Source of the DNA: a virus
IMG/VR virus record: IMGVR_UViG_3300022555_002641
Span: 1-64,000 of that record
Length of the DNA stretch: 64,000 bases
Direction: 5' to 3' (one strand)
The notes below the pieces were generated by a model that searched no databases, was not told where the DNA came from, and saw only the letters and a list, made by a program, of their open reading frames with translations. A program made the position numbers and the translations under genes. This document shows, in pieces, positions 40,868-50,409 of this stretch (position 1 is the first letter of the stretch; each line of letters begins with the position of its first letter).

Positions 40868-41377
40868 ATGGTAATAGTACTATTAAACGGAATTGCAAAA
40901 TCTGGAAAGGACGAGTTTATTAAGCAATTCGAACTTATATCACCCTTTAAGGTTCATAATATATCTACTATAGATCAAGTAAAAAATATAGCCAAAACTT
41001 TTTTTGGTTGGGATGGTAGCAAAGATGAGAAATCACGAAAGTTTCTTGCAGAGTTAAAACAGCTTTGGATTGATTATAATAACGGTCCGTTTGAATGTGT
41101 GGTTAAAAAAATTGAAGAAATTGAGAATATTTCAAAGGATGAAAATATTATATTTATACATTGCCGAGAAAAATTGGAAATAAATAAATTTAAAGATTAT
41201 TATAAAGGATATGTTTTTGTTACCTTATTAGTAGAACGGGATGTTCCCACCCCAGAGAACGTTGCAGACTTACAAGTGTTCGATTATAAATATGATTATA
41301 CAATTGAAAATAATGGTAATATATCACAATTAAAGAAGAAAGCAAAAGAATTTTATAAGTATATCATGAGTAAATGA
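40868..41377 (+). CDS. P-loop nucleotide monophosphate kinase-like protein
   Basis: LLNGIAKSGKD; GWDG.KDEKSRKFL; YDYTIENNG. Confidence 0.7.
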   Translation: MVIVLLNGIAKSGKDEFIKQFELISPFKVHNISTIDQVKNIAKTFFGWDGSKDEKSRKFLAELKQLWIDYNNGPFECVVKKIEEIENISKDENIIFIHCREKLEINKFKDYYKGYVFVTLLVERDVPTPENVADLQVFDYKYDYTIENNGNISQLKKKAKEFYKYIMSK

Positions 41378-41449
41378 AATTTAATTAAACTTTTTTCAAC
41401 TTTATTATTATAACCTATCAGATCATCGTTTAACCTAACTTATTATTTT

Positions 41450-42616
41450 ATGAAAGAAGAATTGATTGAAGGCGTTAATATCGGTAAGTTACCCGATATT
41501 TTCCCATTTTTAACAAACAACAAAATTCCACGACTCAAAACAGATGGAGACCTTAATGAGGACTACATGCACATGTATCGGGAAATGGAAAAAACATTCC
41601 TGACCATGAGGGAAATCAGGGACGGTGAAATTGTCACAGGTGTTATCGCATCTAAAACAGATAAGGAAATTCTTGTCGATTTTGGATATAAAGATTATAT
41701 CTATGTTGACACCCCCAAAAAAGAAAAAATATCTGCCGATATTAATGTCGGAGATAAGATTGAAGTTCTTATTACCCATGTTATTGATAACCCATTTATT
41801 ATTAAGGGATCAATAACAGAACTTATCCGCCACAATGTCCATAACAAAATGAAGCAGTATTTTGAGCAAGGTTTAGCTCTTACAGCTTTTGTCAAAGAAA
41901 TGATTCCAGCGGGGTACATGATTGACATCCATATGGACAATATCACAATCGATGCATTTATGCCTAATACACTTGCTGACGTTAATAAACTAAGTGATCC
42001 AAGCTCAGTACTTGGTCAAACTTTTGAGGTTATGCTTGAAACATTACAGCAAGAAAAAGGTGTGTATGTAGTATCAAGAAGAAAATACTTACAGACTCTT
42101 ATTCCAAAAGAAATTAAGAAGCTTAAGTATAACACTGTTTACAAAGGTGACGTTACTGGTACAACTCCGTATGGTGTATTTGTTCAGTTCAACGGATGTC
42201 TAACTGGTATGATCTACAAAACAAATATTAATCCAGCCAATTTGGATAAGTGGGATCAGATTACTCCAGGTTTACCTATCGAATTCTACATCAAAGAAAT
42301 CGTGAAAAATGGAAAAATTATCTTAACTCAGATTCTTAAAGAATCACTTTGGGATACTATTAAGGTTGGTAAAACATTAACTGGAAAAGTAAAAGATGTT
42401 AAGCCGTTTGGAGCCTTGATTGATTTGGATTCTGAAACAGTTGGGTTAATTCAAACTGTGTATCTCAAGAATAACAAAACTTTAGTTGCTGGGGACGAAG
42501 TTAGAGTCACTGTAATATCATTGATAAGAGATGATAGAAAGATTTATCTTAATTTTGACAAAAAGGATAGACCTGTTGAGAAGGCTATTCAAAAAGAAGC
42601 TCAGAAAGATGAGTAA
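41450..42616 (+). CDS. rpsA: Ribosomal protein bS1-like multi-S1-domain protein
   Basis: About four S1 domains: GEIVTGVI..ILVDFGYK; AFMP..VVSRRK; GDVTGTTPYGVFVQF; GKVKDVKPFGALIDL..GDEVRV. Confidence 0.8.
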   Translation: MKEELIEGVNIGKLPDIFPFLTNNKIPRLKTDGDLNEDYMHMYREMEKTFLTMREIRDGEIVTGVIASKTDKEILVDFGYKDYIYVDTPKKEKISADINVGDKIEVLITHVIDNPFIIKGSITELIRHNVHNKMKQYFEQGLALTAFVKEMIPAGYMIDIHMDNITIDAFMPNTLADVNKLSDPSSVLGQTFEVMLETLQQEKGVYVVSRRKYLQTLIPKEIKKLKYNTVYKGDVTGTTPYGVFVQFNGCLTGMIYKTNINPANLDKWDQITPGLPIEFYIKEIVKNGKIILTQILKESLWDTIKVGKTLTGKVKDVKPFGALIDLDSETVGLIQTVYLKNNKTLVAGDEVRVTVISLIRDDRKIYLNFDKKDRPVEKAIQKEAQKDE

Positions 42617-42642
42617 AAAAAAAGGGGCGAAAGCCCCTTTTT
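42615..42642. terminator. Bidirectional terminator with GAAA tetraloop
   Basis: A9-GGGGC-GAAA-GCCCC-T5 between the convergent S1 and nusG genes. Confidence 0.9.
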
Positions 42643-43148
42643 TATTTTTCAATCTGCATGTAATTTAATTCTACTGGAACGTCTCGACCAAAAATTTTCA
42701 CATTGATCTTAACCTTTTGCGTTTTTTCATCTACATGGGTTATATCACCCCTGAACGATGTAAACGGACCATCAGTAATTCCTACTTGCTGCCCAACTAT
42801 AAATGATTCTTTACTATCTTTTTGGGATTCTCTTCCAAGAATGCGCTCAACTTCTGCATCAGATAGTGGCTGCGGTATTCTACCACCCAAAAATCCAAGT
42901 ACCCCAGCAATATTTTTTACAACTGGAACAACTTCTTTAACTGATTCACATTCAATAAGAACGTAACCAGGAAAATAATTCTTTTCGATGGAAACTTTTT
43001 TACCTTTTCGAAGTTGAATTACTTTCTGGGTTGGAATTAAAATTTTTGTAACATTATCATCCAACTTGCTACGTTTTATTTCATATTCAATCATCTCTTT
43101 CATTTTTTTTTCTTTGCCCGTAGCGGCACGAATTACATACCATTTCAT
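42642..43148 (-). CDS. nusG: Transcription termination/antitermination factor NusG
   Basis: KWYV....GKEKK, FPGYVLI, V.GFLG, KOW motif V.I.DGPF..F.G.I, V.IFGR..PVEL; AAAGGAG upstream; TATATTTG box at 43179-43186. Confidence 0.93.
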   Translation of the reverse strand: MKWYVIRAATGKEKKMKEMIEYEIKRSKLDDNVTKILIPTQKVIQLRKGKKVSIEKNYFPGYVLIECESVKEVVPVVKNIAGVLGFLGGRIPQPLSDAEVERILGRESQKDSKESFIVGQQVGITDGPFTSFRGDITHVDEKTQKVKINVKIFGRDVPVELNYMQIEK

Positions 43149-43257
43149 ATATTGATCTCCTTTCAATGTTATATATTACAAATATACGAATAAGATTAAT
43201 TTTTTTATGTGAAAAACTTTTATTATTTTTGTAAAATTATTAACTAAAACCTCAAAT

Positions 43258-44208
43258 ATGAATATTCAAAGTGCATCAATCGTAATTCCCACACATAACA
43301 GTTGTGTTAACAAATGCCCGTTCTGTGTGAGCCGAACCCACTGTAATCTTTATCAAAACGATATTTCAAAGACTAACGAATTTGAAGCATTCAAAAAATT
43401 TGGTGAATTGATATATAGCAAAAAGCAAAATTCAATTGAATTTCGGGATTACTTCAATCGGTTGCAATTTACCCGTAATAATGGATGTAACGTGGCAATT
43501 TTAACTGGCACTGGTGAGCCTCCGCAAAATATTAAATTCATCGAATTCTTCATGAATATTAATGAAACACTCAAACTACCGTTTGAAAATATTGAAATAC
43601 AAACAACTGGAGTGATGTTGGATGAAGGAATTATTCAGCACTTACGCCAGATTGGATTGACAACAATGGCGTTTTCAATATCCAATATTTTCAATAATGA
43701 TCGGAACCTTGAGCTCATCGATTGTAATGAAAACCTGAGATTTGATCTGGAAAAACAGATTGAACTTGTCAAAAAATATAAATTCAATTTGCGCCTTTCA
43801 TTAAATCTGGTGAATGATTATGACCGTTGCTCTGTTCCAGAAGTATTGCATCGTTGCAAAGAACTTGGTGCACATCAGGTAACATTTAGAAAGTTATACA
43901 AATCAGACACCAATACTGAAATTGATCAGTGGATTGAAGAAAATTCATCAAAGGAATTTTACCCAAAGCTTGTAGATTATATTATGGGTAAGCATGATAT
44001 TGATCCAATTGTGCGCTCAGGCGGTCACGGTCGGCTGATTGGGATTCTTCCTTTCGGTGCCAAAATATGGGACATTGATGAAATGTCTGTTGTTCTTGAC
44101 GATGATTGTATGAACGAAGAAGTGAAGGACACTTATAAGTATCTTATTCTGAGGGAAGATTGCCGCTTGTATTCAAAATGGGAAACTAAAGCCAGCTTGA
44201 TTTTTTAG
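43258..44208 (+). CDS. Radical SAM protein
   Basis: CVNKCPFC (CxxxCxxC), LTGTGEP, IEIQTTG. Confidence 0.85.
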   Translation: MNIQSASIVIPTHNSCVNKCPFCVSRTHCNLYQNDISKTNEFEAFKKFGELIYSKKQNSIEFRDYFNRLQFTRNNGCNVAILTGTGEPPQNIKFIEFFMNINETLKLPFENIEIQTTGVMLDEGIIQHLRQIGLTTMAFSISNIFNNDRNLELIDCNENLRFDLEKQIELVKKYKFNLRLSLNLVNDYDRCSVPEVLHRCKELGAHQVTFRKLYKSDTNTEIDQWIEENSSKEFYPKLVDYIMGKHDIDPIVRSGGHGRLIGILPFGAKIWDIDEMSVVLDDDCMNEEVKDTYKYLILREDCRLYSKWETKASLIF

Positions 44209-44445
44209 TTAATATTTATATTTCTCACGCCAAATATCTATAACTCTACTATACATATTATCCCTATCTGATATCGGGATATTGTTTGATATAAAAAACT
44301 CATCCATAAAATCTAATATGTCATGAATAGATGTGCATCTTTTTGCAATTTCATCTAAATCATTTTCATATTCATCTACCAAATCAACTGTTTCAACATC
44401 TGAATTTGGTTCAAATTCTTCAAAAAGTTTAAGTCTTGATCTCAT
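44209..44445 (-). CDS. Small acidic protein with KLFEEF N-terminal leader
   Basis: MRSRLKLFEEFE. Confidence 0.6.
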   Translation of the reverse strand: MRSRLKLFEEFEPNSDVETVDLVDEYENDLDEIAKRCTSIHDILDFMDEFFISNNIPISDRDNMYSRVIDIWREKYKY

Positions 44446-44460
44446 ATTAATAATTTATTT

Positions 44461-44946
44461 TTAATTACCAAAGTTCCTAATTATTACCTTATTCCTTGGT
44501 TCTATTGGTTCTGGTAATGGCTGTGGTACAAAATCTGGTTCTGGGACTGTAGTATCAACATCCATTGGATTCATATCAGTTTCTACCTGAACTTCATCTG
44601 CATCTTTTTCTTGCTGCTCAATATCGTCTTCTCTTTCCTGATCGATATGCTCAACCCTATCATTTAAATACTCACGAACATAATCGTGGGCAGTTTTTAA
44701 TGTTTTCTTTTTTCTGTGCTTAACTTTTATTAGGCTTCCATCCAGCTTATGCTTGGTGATATCTACAAAGAATAAATGTCCTATCTGGTGAATTTCAGCC
44801 GTATAAAATGGTAATGCATTCCCAGTTTTATAGTATATTTTTTTATTAGATACCTTTGGGGAATATTTAGCCTTACCACTTTTAAAAAGAGTGTGGTCTA
44901 TTTCATTATCATTCCATGTTTCAAATACTCTAACGTGACGCATCAT
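44461..44946 (-). CDS. Hypothetical protein with RVFE N-terminal leader
   Basis: Start reassigned to MMRHVRVFETW after TATATATA. Confidence 0.65.
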   Translation of the reverse strand: MMRHVRVFETWNDNEIDHTLFKSGKAKYSPKVSNKKIYYKTGNALPFYTAEIHQIGHLFFVDITKHKLDGSLIKVKHRKKKTLKTAHDYVREYLNDRVEHIDQEREDDIEQQEKDADEVQVETDMNPMDVDTTVPEPDFVPQPLPEPIEPRNKVIIRNFGN

Positions 44947-44975
44947 ATTATATATATAAATAAAAAAAATTAAAA

Positions 44976-45098
44976 ATGGGAAAGTCAAGAAAGGTTAAGA
45001 AAAAATTGAGAAAAAATCGTGGCAACATCGTAAAGCAGATAAAACTTGTCAAGCATAATCAAGAACTTTTGAAAGAAATAACTGAGAAATGTTCCTAA
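44976..45098 (+). CDS. Small basic protein (40 aa), not in ORF track
   Basis: MGKSRKVKKKLRKNRGNIVKQIKLVKHNQELLKEITEKCS*. Confidence 0.45.
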   Translation: MGKSRKVKKKLRKNRGNIVKQIKLVKHNQELLKEITEKCS

Positions 45099-45352
45099 AA
45101 ATTAGAATTGAACAGGATAAATACGATCAATTTCAAAGTAAATGTGAACAGAAGGACAAAACAATGAGTGAGGTCCTTCGAAATTTTATGAAACTTTACA
45201 ATGATTATGATAATACAATAGTATTCAATTTAGATGATAAGATGCTAAATGATGTTGCTATTTTTTGTAAAGATAAAAAAATAAAATTCAACGATCTTAT
45301 CAAGCTATTAATTGAACGAACAATTAATAATAAAGATAATTTCAATGCATAA
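45089..45352 (+). CDS. Tandem ribbon-helix-helix (CopG/Arc-like) DNA-binding protein
   Basis: LKIRI..KYDQF..KC..KTMSEVLRNFM followed by a second similar unit. Confidence 0.65.
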   Translation: MFLKIRIEQDKYDQFQSKCEQKDKTMSEVLRNFMKLYNDYDNTIVFNLDDKMLNDVAIFCKDKKIKFNDLIKLLIERTINNKDNFNA

Positions 45353-46019
45353 AAAAGAAAAATGTTATCAAAAATCCTATCGTGGTAAATACGTTGATTT
45401 TTACCCAAAGGTTTCAAATTTCGCATTACAATACGATTTAGCTGGATATTTCGATCCCCGCCCACAAATTCATATTTGCTTGGGCTGGGGTAATCTATTT
45501 ATAAATTTACCATTCAAATCTAAATATAATGAATGCGAACCGCCACGATATGGAGTTTATTATCATGAACGATGCTTCTGGTTCCCACATGGACGAAAAA
45601 TATATTGCTTACATTTACCTTTCGAATATGATTGGGTTAGAACAAGCTATCTTCGTTCAGATAATACTTGGGAAAATGAAACAAAAAGTAATAGCAAAAA
45701 TTTTTGGAAGGATGAAGAATGGAAGGATATTCTCTGGAAAGAAGTGTATCCTTACACGTATACATTGAAAAATGGTACATCTCAAAACAGACAGGCAACA
45801 GTTAAAGTTGTTGAGCGTGAATGGAGATGGCGATCTTTTAAATGGACTAAAATTACAGCAATGAAAAGACGTGTGATAGACATTGAGTTCGATGATGAAG
45901 TTGGAGAAAGATCAGGATCATATAAAGGTGGTTGTATGGGATGTAGTTATGATTTACTACCAAACGAAACGCCTTTAGATGCCTTAAGGAGAATGGAATC
46001 CGAAAGAGTTTTTAAATAA
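45345..46019 (+). CDS. Hypothetical phage protein (Trp-rich)
   Basis: Open ORF ending EVGERSGSYKGGCMG. Confidence 0.65.
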   Translation: MHKKEKCYQKSYRGKYVDFYPKVSNFALQYDLAGYFDPRPQIHICLGWGNLFINLPFKSKYNECEPPRYGVYYHERCFWFPHGRKIYCLHLPFEYDWVRTSYLRSDNTWENETKSNSKNFWKDEEWKDILWKEVYPYTYTLKNGTSQNRQATVKVVEREWRWRSFKWTKITAMKRRVIDIEFDDEVGERSGSYKGGCMGCSYDLLPNETPLDALRRMESERVFK

Positions 46020-46078
46020 CCTCAATCTTTTGAATTTTTATTTTAGTTGAAGTTTGTAATAAAAAATTATTATCAAAG

Positions 46079-46100
46079 AAAAAGCCCCTTTCGGGGCTTT
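46079..46100. terminator. Intrinsic terminator
   Basis: AAAGCCCC-TTTC-GGGGCTTT between convergent genes. Confidence 0.8.
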
Positions 46101-46102
46101 AT

Positions 46103-46315
46103 TTAGTACCAATCATCTTCTAAGATTAGTGGATCATATTTTAGTCCAAGTTCATTAATTTTTGACCAGATTTCGTCACTTGTTCGAGTTTCAAATAATT
46201 CGTTAACAGTTTCAAATTCACCGTCAATCTGTTTGAGGAATAATACAGCCTTTGTATCAGCGTCCCAAACCAGTTTCCATGGCAATTCAGCATTAGCCTT
46301 CTTGATTTTTTCCAT
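46103..46315 (-). CDS. Hypothetical protein
   Basis: 70-aa ORF ending at the terminator. Confidence 0.55.
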   Translation of the reverse strand: MEKIKKANAELPWKLVWDADTKAVLFLKQIDGEFETVNELFETRTSDEIWSKINELGLKYDPLILEDDWY

Positions 46316-46434
46316 AAAATTTTAATGTTATTTTTTGTAAAATTGGGGTTGATTTTATCAACCTTTATAGGAAATATAGATATAAAACAATACATCAAGT
46401 GTATATATTTTTATAAAAAAATCATTTATTTCTA

Positions 46435-47043
46435 ATGGCAAAATTATATTTTAAGTATGGTGCAATGGCTTCTGGTAAATCTGTGGATTTGCTCAAAACG
46501 AATTTTAATTATACTGAGTATGGGGAAAAAGTTATCTGCTTGACATCAGCAAAAGATAATCGATACGGACAAGGAAAAATTGCATCAAGAATTGGAATTC
46601 AAACACAAGCATTATCTGTGTATGAAAATATGAATGTATATGATTTAATATATAATTTTTGGAAAGCAGCTATGGATGATGGAACTAAAATATCGTGTGT
46701 ATTGGTTGATGAAGCCCAATTTTTCACAAAATCCCAAATTTTTCAATTATCAGATATTGTTGACAGCTTAAATATTCCAGTAATGTGCTATGGAATAAGA
46801 TCAGATTCTAATTTGGAATTATTTGAAGGATCAAAGCAACTACTTGTATTGGCAGACACTATTGAAGAAATAAAAACGATATGTGCAAATTGCCGATCAC
46901 ATAAGGCTATAATTAATGCTCGTTTTAATAACAATAAAATTATTGAAAGCGGCCCACAAATTCAGATTGGCGGGAATGAAACCTATCGATCATTATGTAG
47001 AAAATGCTATAAAAAAGAAATAGAAAAAAATGCAAAGTTGTGA
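46435..47043 (+). CDS. tdk: Thymidine kinase
   Basis: YGAMASGKS, LVDEAQF, CANC..IGGNETY..LCRKC. Confidence 0.95.
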   Translation: MAKLYFKYGAMASGKSVDLLKTNFNYTEYGEKVICLTSAKDNRYGQGKIASRIGIQTQALSVYENMNVYDLIYNFWKAAMDDGTKISCVLVDEAQFFTKSQIFQLSDIVDSLNIPVMCYGIRSDSNLELFEGSKQLLVLADTIEEIKTICANCRSHKAIINARFNNNKIIESGPQIQIGGNETYRSLCRKCYKKEIEKNAKL

Positions 47044-48538
47044 TGTGAGTTCTTGTAATATAATCAGGACAATGCTTAATTCAAGCATGATGCCGAGTTT
47101 CTTATTAGAAAAAGATGGTACCATAATAACATTGAACGATAAAGCACTACCATATGTTAGGGCAAAAAGTCAAATGGATGTCATAGGAAAAAAATTAGAA
47201 ACTCTTATTGATGATGTTCTATATGAAGAATTAAGAAAAGTAATGCTTGAAGCTATATTCAGGGGTAAGTTCGTGACTTTCAATTATTATTGTAAAGAAT
47301 CCAAAAAAACATATGAAATTTTATGCACCCCAATTCATGATGAAAATCTTGGGTTTTCAGACAATATAGACTTTATATTCTTACACATATTTGATATTGA
47401 TATGATGAAAGTTATTAATCCCCCACAGGAAGATTCCAACGATATTCTCAAATCAACTTTCCTTTCAAACATTTCACATGAACTTAAGACTCCAATGAAT
47501 ACTATAATTGGATTTTCGGATTTGTTATTACTTCCACAATATAAAGATAATATTAGCCGTGATAGGTTCATAAAAGCTATAAATACTAATGCTAAGCACT
47601 TAGAAGAATTGCTAAATAATATTTTAGATTATGCAAAAATAGAAGCTGGGCAGTTAGATTTTTTATATGAGAATTTTGAAATTGGTGATATTTTTTGTGA
47701 TTTGAAATTACTTTTTGAAGATATTAATCTTCAAAAAAATCAAAAAAGTGTTAAATTAATTTTCAAAGACCAGAATACGAAAATAGTGTCAGATCAATTT
47801 AGAATTAAACAAGTCTTACATAATTTATTAAGTAATGCGATTAAATTTACAGATAATGGCACAATTGAAGTCGGATGTACTCCTGACTTTGAAAATGCAA
47901 CGATTAAATTCTATGTTAAAGATACTGGTATTGGAATTCCAGACAATCGAATTGATTTAATTTTTGATCGATTTGTCCAAATTGATTCTTCCCCAACCAA
48001 AAAGAATAAAGGTACAGGACTTGGGCTATCCATAGCAAAAAATATTGTAGAATTATTAGGTGGTACAATTTGGGTTGATTCTGTATTTGGTAAAGGTAGC
48101 ACTTTTTATTTTAGAATCCCATTAGAAGAAATTCAAGATGATATAACATTAAAAACTAAACATGTAGACGAATCAATAACATACGATAATAAAGTTATTC
48201 TGCTTGTGGATGGTATTCCAGATAACTACTCTTTATTAAGTATTATGTTAAAATCTAAAGGAATTAGATGCATATATGTAGATGATGGAGAAGAAGCCAT
48301 TAACATTTATAGAAAAGAAAAAAAAATTATTGATGCTGTTTTTTTAGATATTAATTTGGCAACAATAAACGGATTTGAAGTAGCAGAAAAGATTAAACAA
48401 ATTAATAAAAAAGCTACTATAATATCAATATCTGAAATTGATGTTAAAGATTCAAGATTTATAGATTATTATATGTCAAAGCCTTATACAAGGGGTAAGT
48501 TGTTAGATATCCTTAAACAAATATTTACTAATGGATGA
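47030..48538 (+). CDS. Hybrid sensor histidine kinase (PAS-HisKA-HATPase-REC)
   Basis: SHELKTPMN, NLLSNAIKFT, DTGIG, GTGLGL, GKGSTF; receiver LLVD..VFLDI..KP. Confidence 0.9.
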   Translation: MQSCDVSSCNIIRTMLNSSMMPSFLLEKDGTIITLNDKALPYVRAKSQMDVIGKKLETLIDDVLYEELRKVMLEAIFRGKFVTFNYYCKESKKTYEILCTPIHDENLGFSDNIDFIFLHIFDIDMMKVINPPQEDSNDILKSTFLSNISHELKTPMNTIIGFSDLLLLPQYKDNISRDRFIKAINTNAKHLEELLNNILDYAKIEAGQLDFLYENFEIGDIFCDLKLLFEDINLQKNQKSVKLIFKDQNTKIVSDQFRIKQVLHNLLSNAIKFTDNGTIEVGCTPDFENATIKFYVKDTGIGIPDNRIDLIFDRFVQIDSSPTKKNKGTGLGLSIAKNIVELLGGTIWVDSVFGKGSTFYFRIPLEEIQDDITLKTKHVDESITYDNKVILLVDGIPDNYSLLSIMLKSKGIRCIYVDDGEEAINIYRKEKKIIDAVFLDINLATINGFEVAEKIKQINKKATIISISEIDVKDSRFIDYYMSKPYTRGKLLDILKQIFTNG

Positions 48539-48950
48539 ATTAAGAAGTGTTGATTTCAAAACCCTTGCTGATATTATTTTTAGGAATAAAAATAAGTATC
48601 AATATGTTAGTGATGAGGAAAAAGAAGCAAGTTTTTTTAAACTAAATAGAAAATTTGCAATTAAATATTTAAAGCAAGCTCAGTTTTTCAACAACAAAAA
48701 TGTGGATAGATCGGCTGCTATGGATATATGGTTCAGTAAGTTTTACAATAATATAATAGATGTTCCAGCTTGGTACTGGGCAACTAAACAACAAAGTAAG
48801 GATAAAGCAAAATCAAAATTCAGCGGGCCTGATTTAAAACTGTTCAAAGAATATCATGAAATTACAAATAAGGATATTGACTTTATGATCAAGCATTTTG
48901 AAGAAGTCGTTGATTTGGAGATTAAAAGAATAAAAAAAATAAAGAAATAA
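48531..48950 (+). CDS. Possible T4 gp62-like clamp-loader small subunit
   Basis: F.LNR.F...A..FN..D......W...K..DL...KEY pattern resembles gp62 (recognition by eye). Confidence 0.4.
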   Translation: MDELRSVDFKTLADIIFRNKNKYQYVSDEEKEASFFKLNRKFAIKYLKQAQFFNNKNVDRSAAMDIWFSKFYNNIIDVPAWYWATKQQSKDKAKSKFSGPDLKLFKEYHEITNKDIDFMIKHFEEVVDLEIKRIKKIKK

Positions 48951-49879
48951 TGAACTTAGATAGTAAGATTTATGTCGCTGGGCATCGTGGGTTAGTTGGT
49001 AGTGCAATAGTTAGAAAATTAAATAGTGATGGCTTCACGAATGTTGTCACGGCTACCCACAGTGAGTTAGATTTAAGAGACGATGCAAGTGTAGCTCATT
49101 TTTTTGATTGGGTTACACCAGATTATGTATTTCTTGCTGCCGCTAAAGTTGGCGGTATTGTTGCTAACAGTACATACCCAGCAGAATTTATCTATAATAA
49201 TTTAATGATACAAAGTAATATCATACATCAATCATATAAACATAATGTTAAAAAATTATTATTTTTGGGATCAAGTTGTATTTATCCAAAACTTTGCCCA
49301 CAGCCAATCAAAGAAGAATATTTGATGAGTGGATATCTTGAGCCAACAAACGATGCGTATGCTATTGCTAAAATTGCTGGAATCAAAATGTGTCAAAGTT
49401 ATAATAAACAATATGGTACAAATTTTATATCGTTGATGCCAACAAATTTATATGGTCCTAATGATAACTACGATTTAAATAGTTCTCATGTTTTACCAGC
49501 AATGTTGTCAAAATTTCATTTTGCTAAAACTAATGAATTAAGTGAAGTGAATCTCTGGGGGACAGGAACACCCAGACGTGAATTCTTGCATGTTGATGAT
49601 TTGGCTGACGCTTGTTTATTTTTAATGGATAAATATGATGATAGTGAAATTATCAATGTTGGTACTGGTGAAGATATTTCAATTGCTGAACTGGCTGCAA
49701 TGATCAGAGAAATTGTGGGATTTAAAGGTAGTGTTATATTTGATGCCTTAAAACCAGATGGTACACCAAAAAAATTATTAGATGTCAGCAAATTATCCAA
49801 ATTAGGCTGGAAATATTCAATTAAATTAAAATACGGTATAACTCAAGTTTATAATGAGCACTTTAATGAAAAGAATTGA
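48950..49879 (+). CDS. fcl: GDP-L-fucose synthase
   Basis: [55 protein letters not shown]. Confidence 0.95.
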   Translation: MNLDSKIYVAGHRGLVGSAIVRKLNSDGFTNVVTATHSELDLRDDASVAHFFDWVTPDYVFLAAAKVGGIVANSTYPAEFIYNNLMIQSNIIHQSYKHNVKKLLFLGSSCIYPKLCPQPIKEEYLMSGYLEPTNDAYAIAKIAGIKMCQSYNKQYGTNFISLMPTNLYGPNDNYDLNSSHVLPAMLSKFHFAKTNELSEVNLWGTGTPRREFLHVDDLADACLFLMDKYDDSEIINVGTGEDISIAELAAMIREIVGFKGSVIFDALKPDGTPKKLLDVSKLSKLGWKYSIKLKYGITQVYNEHFNEKN

Positions 49880-50159
49880 TCAAAATACTTATAGTTTAAT
49901 GGCGATAGATGTTATTGGAAAGGAATGTAGACATTACTTTCATATATTTCCAGATGCCGTACTAATTTCTAAAAAACTATTACCTAAAAGGTTTCGTATT
50001 CGTCCGACATATTTCGGATATGCTAAATGGGAGATGAACTGCAAGGATGATATTCTTATTGGAAAAAATGAGAATATAATACCTTACAATTATGATTATA
50101 TTGTTCAGAAATTAGAACAGGAAGAAAGAAAGTGTAAATTAAATAAAATATGGAAATGA
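49866..50159 (+). CDS. Hypothetical protein with C-terminal RxxKLxxI tag
   Basis: Ends [12 protein letters not shown]. Confidence 0.6.
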   Translation: MKRIDQNTYSLMAIDVIGKECRHYFHIFPDAVLISKKLLPKRFRIRPTYFGYAKWEMNCKDDILIGKNENIIPYNYDYIVQKLEQEERKCKLNKIWK

Positions 50160-50207
50160 AGTATTTCAAAGCTGTTTGTATATGAAGTATTTCAAAGCTG
50201 TTTGTAT
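50156..50207 (+). repeat. 26-bp perfect tandem duplication of a gene start
   Basis: ATGAAGTATTTCAAAGCTGTTTGTAT x2. Confidence 0.9.
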
Positions 50208-50409
50208 CTGTCAAGATGAATATAGAAAATTCGTTAAAAATCAAGTATATGAATGTTGGTATGAATCATCTATATTCGGTTCATATGATATAGCTGTTGC
50301 GAGGCAAGGCGATTTTCCATATGGATTAAAAGAAGAAAATTTTAAAAAATATTTTATCAAATTAACAGAATTCAGAAAGCTAAAACTTCAAAAAATAAAT
50401 AGTATTTAA
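50182..50409 (+). CDS. Small beta-domain protein with C-terminal RxxKLxxI tag
   Basis: [10 protein letters not shown]..; ends EFRKLKLQKINSI. Confidence 0.6.
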   Translation: MKYFKAVCICQDEYRKFVKNQVYECWYESSIFGSYDIAVARQGDFPYGLKEENFKKYFIKLTEFRKLKLQKINSI

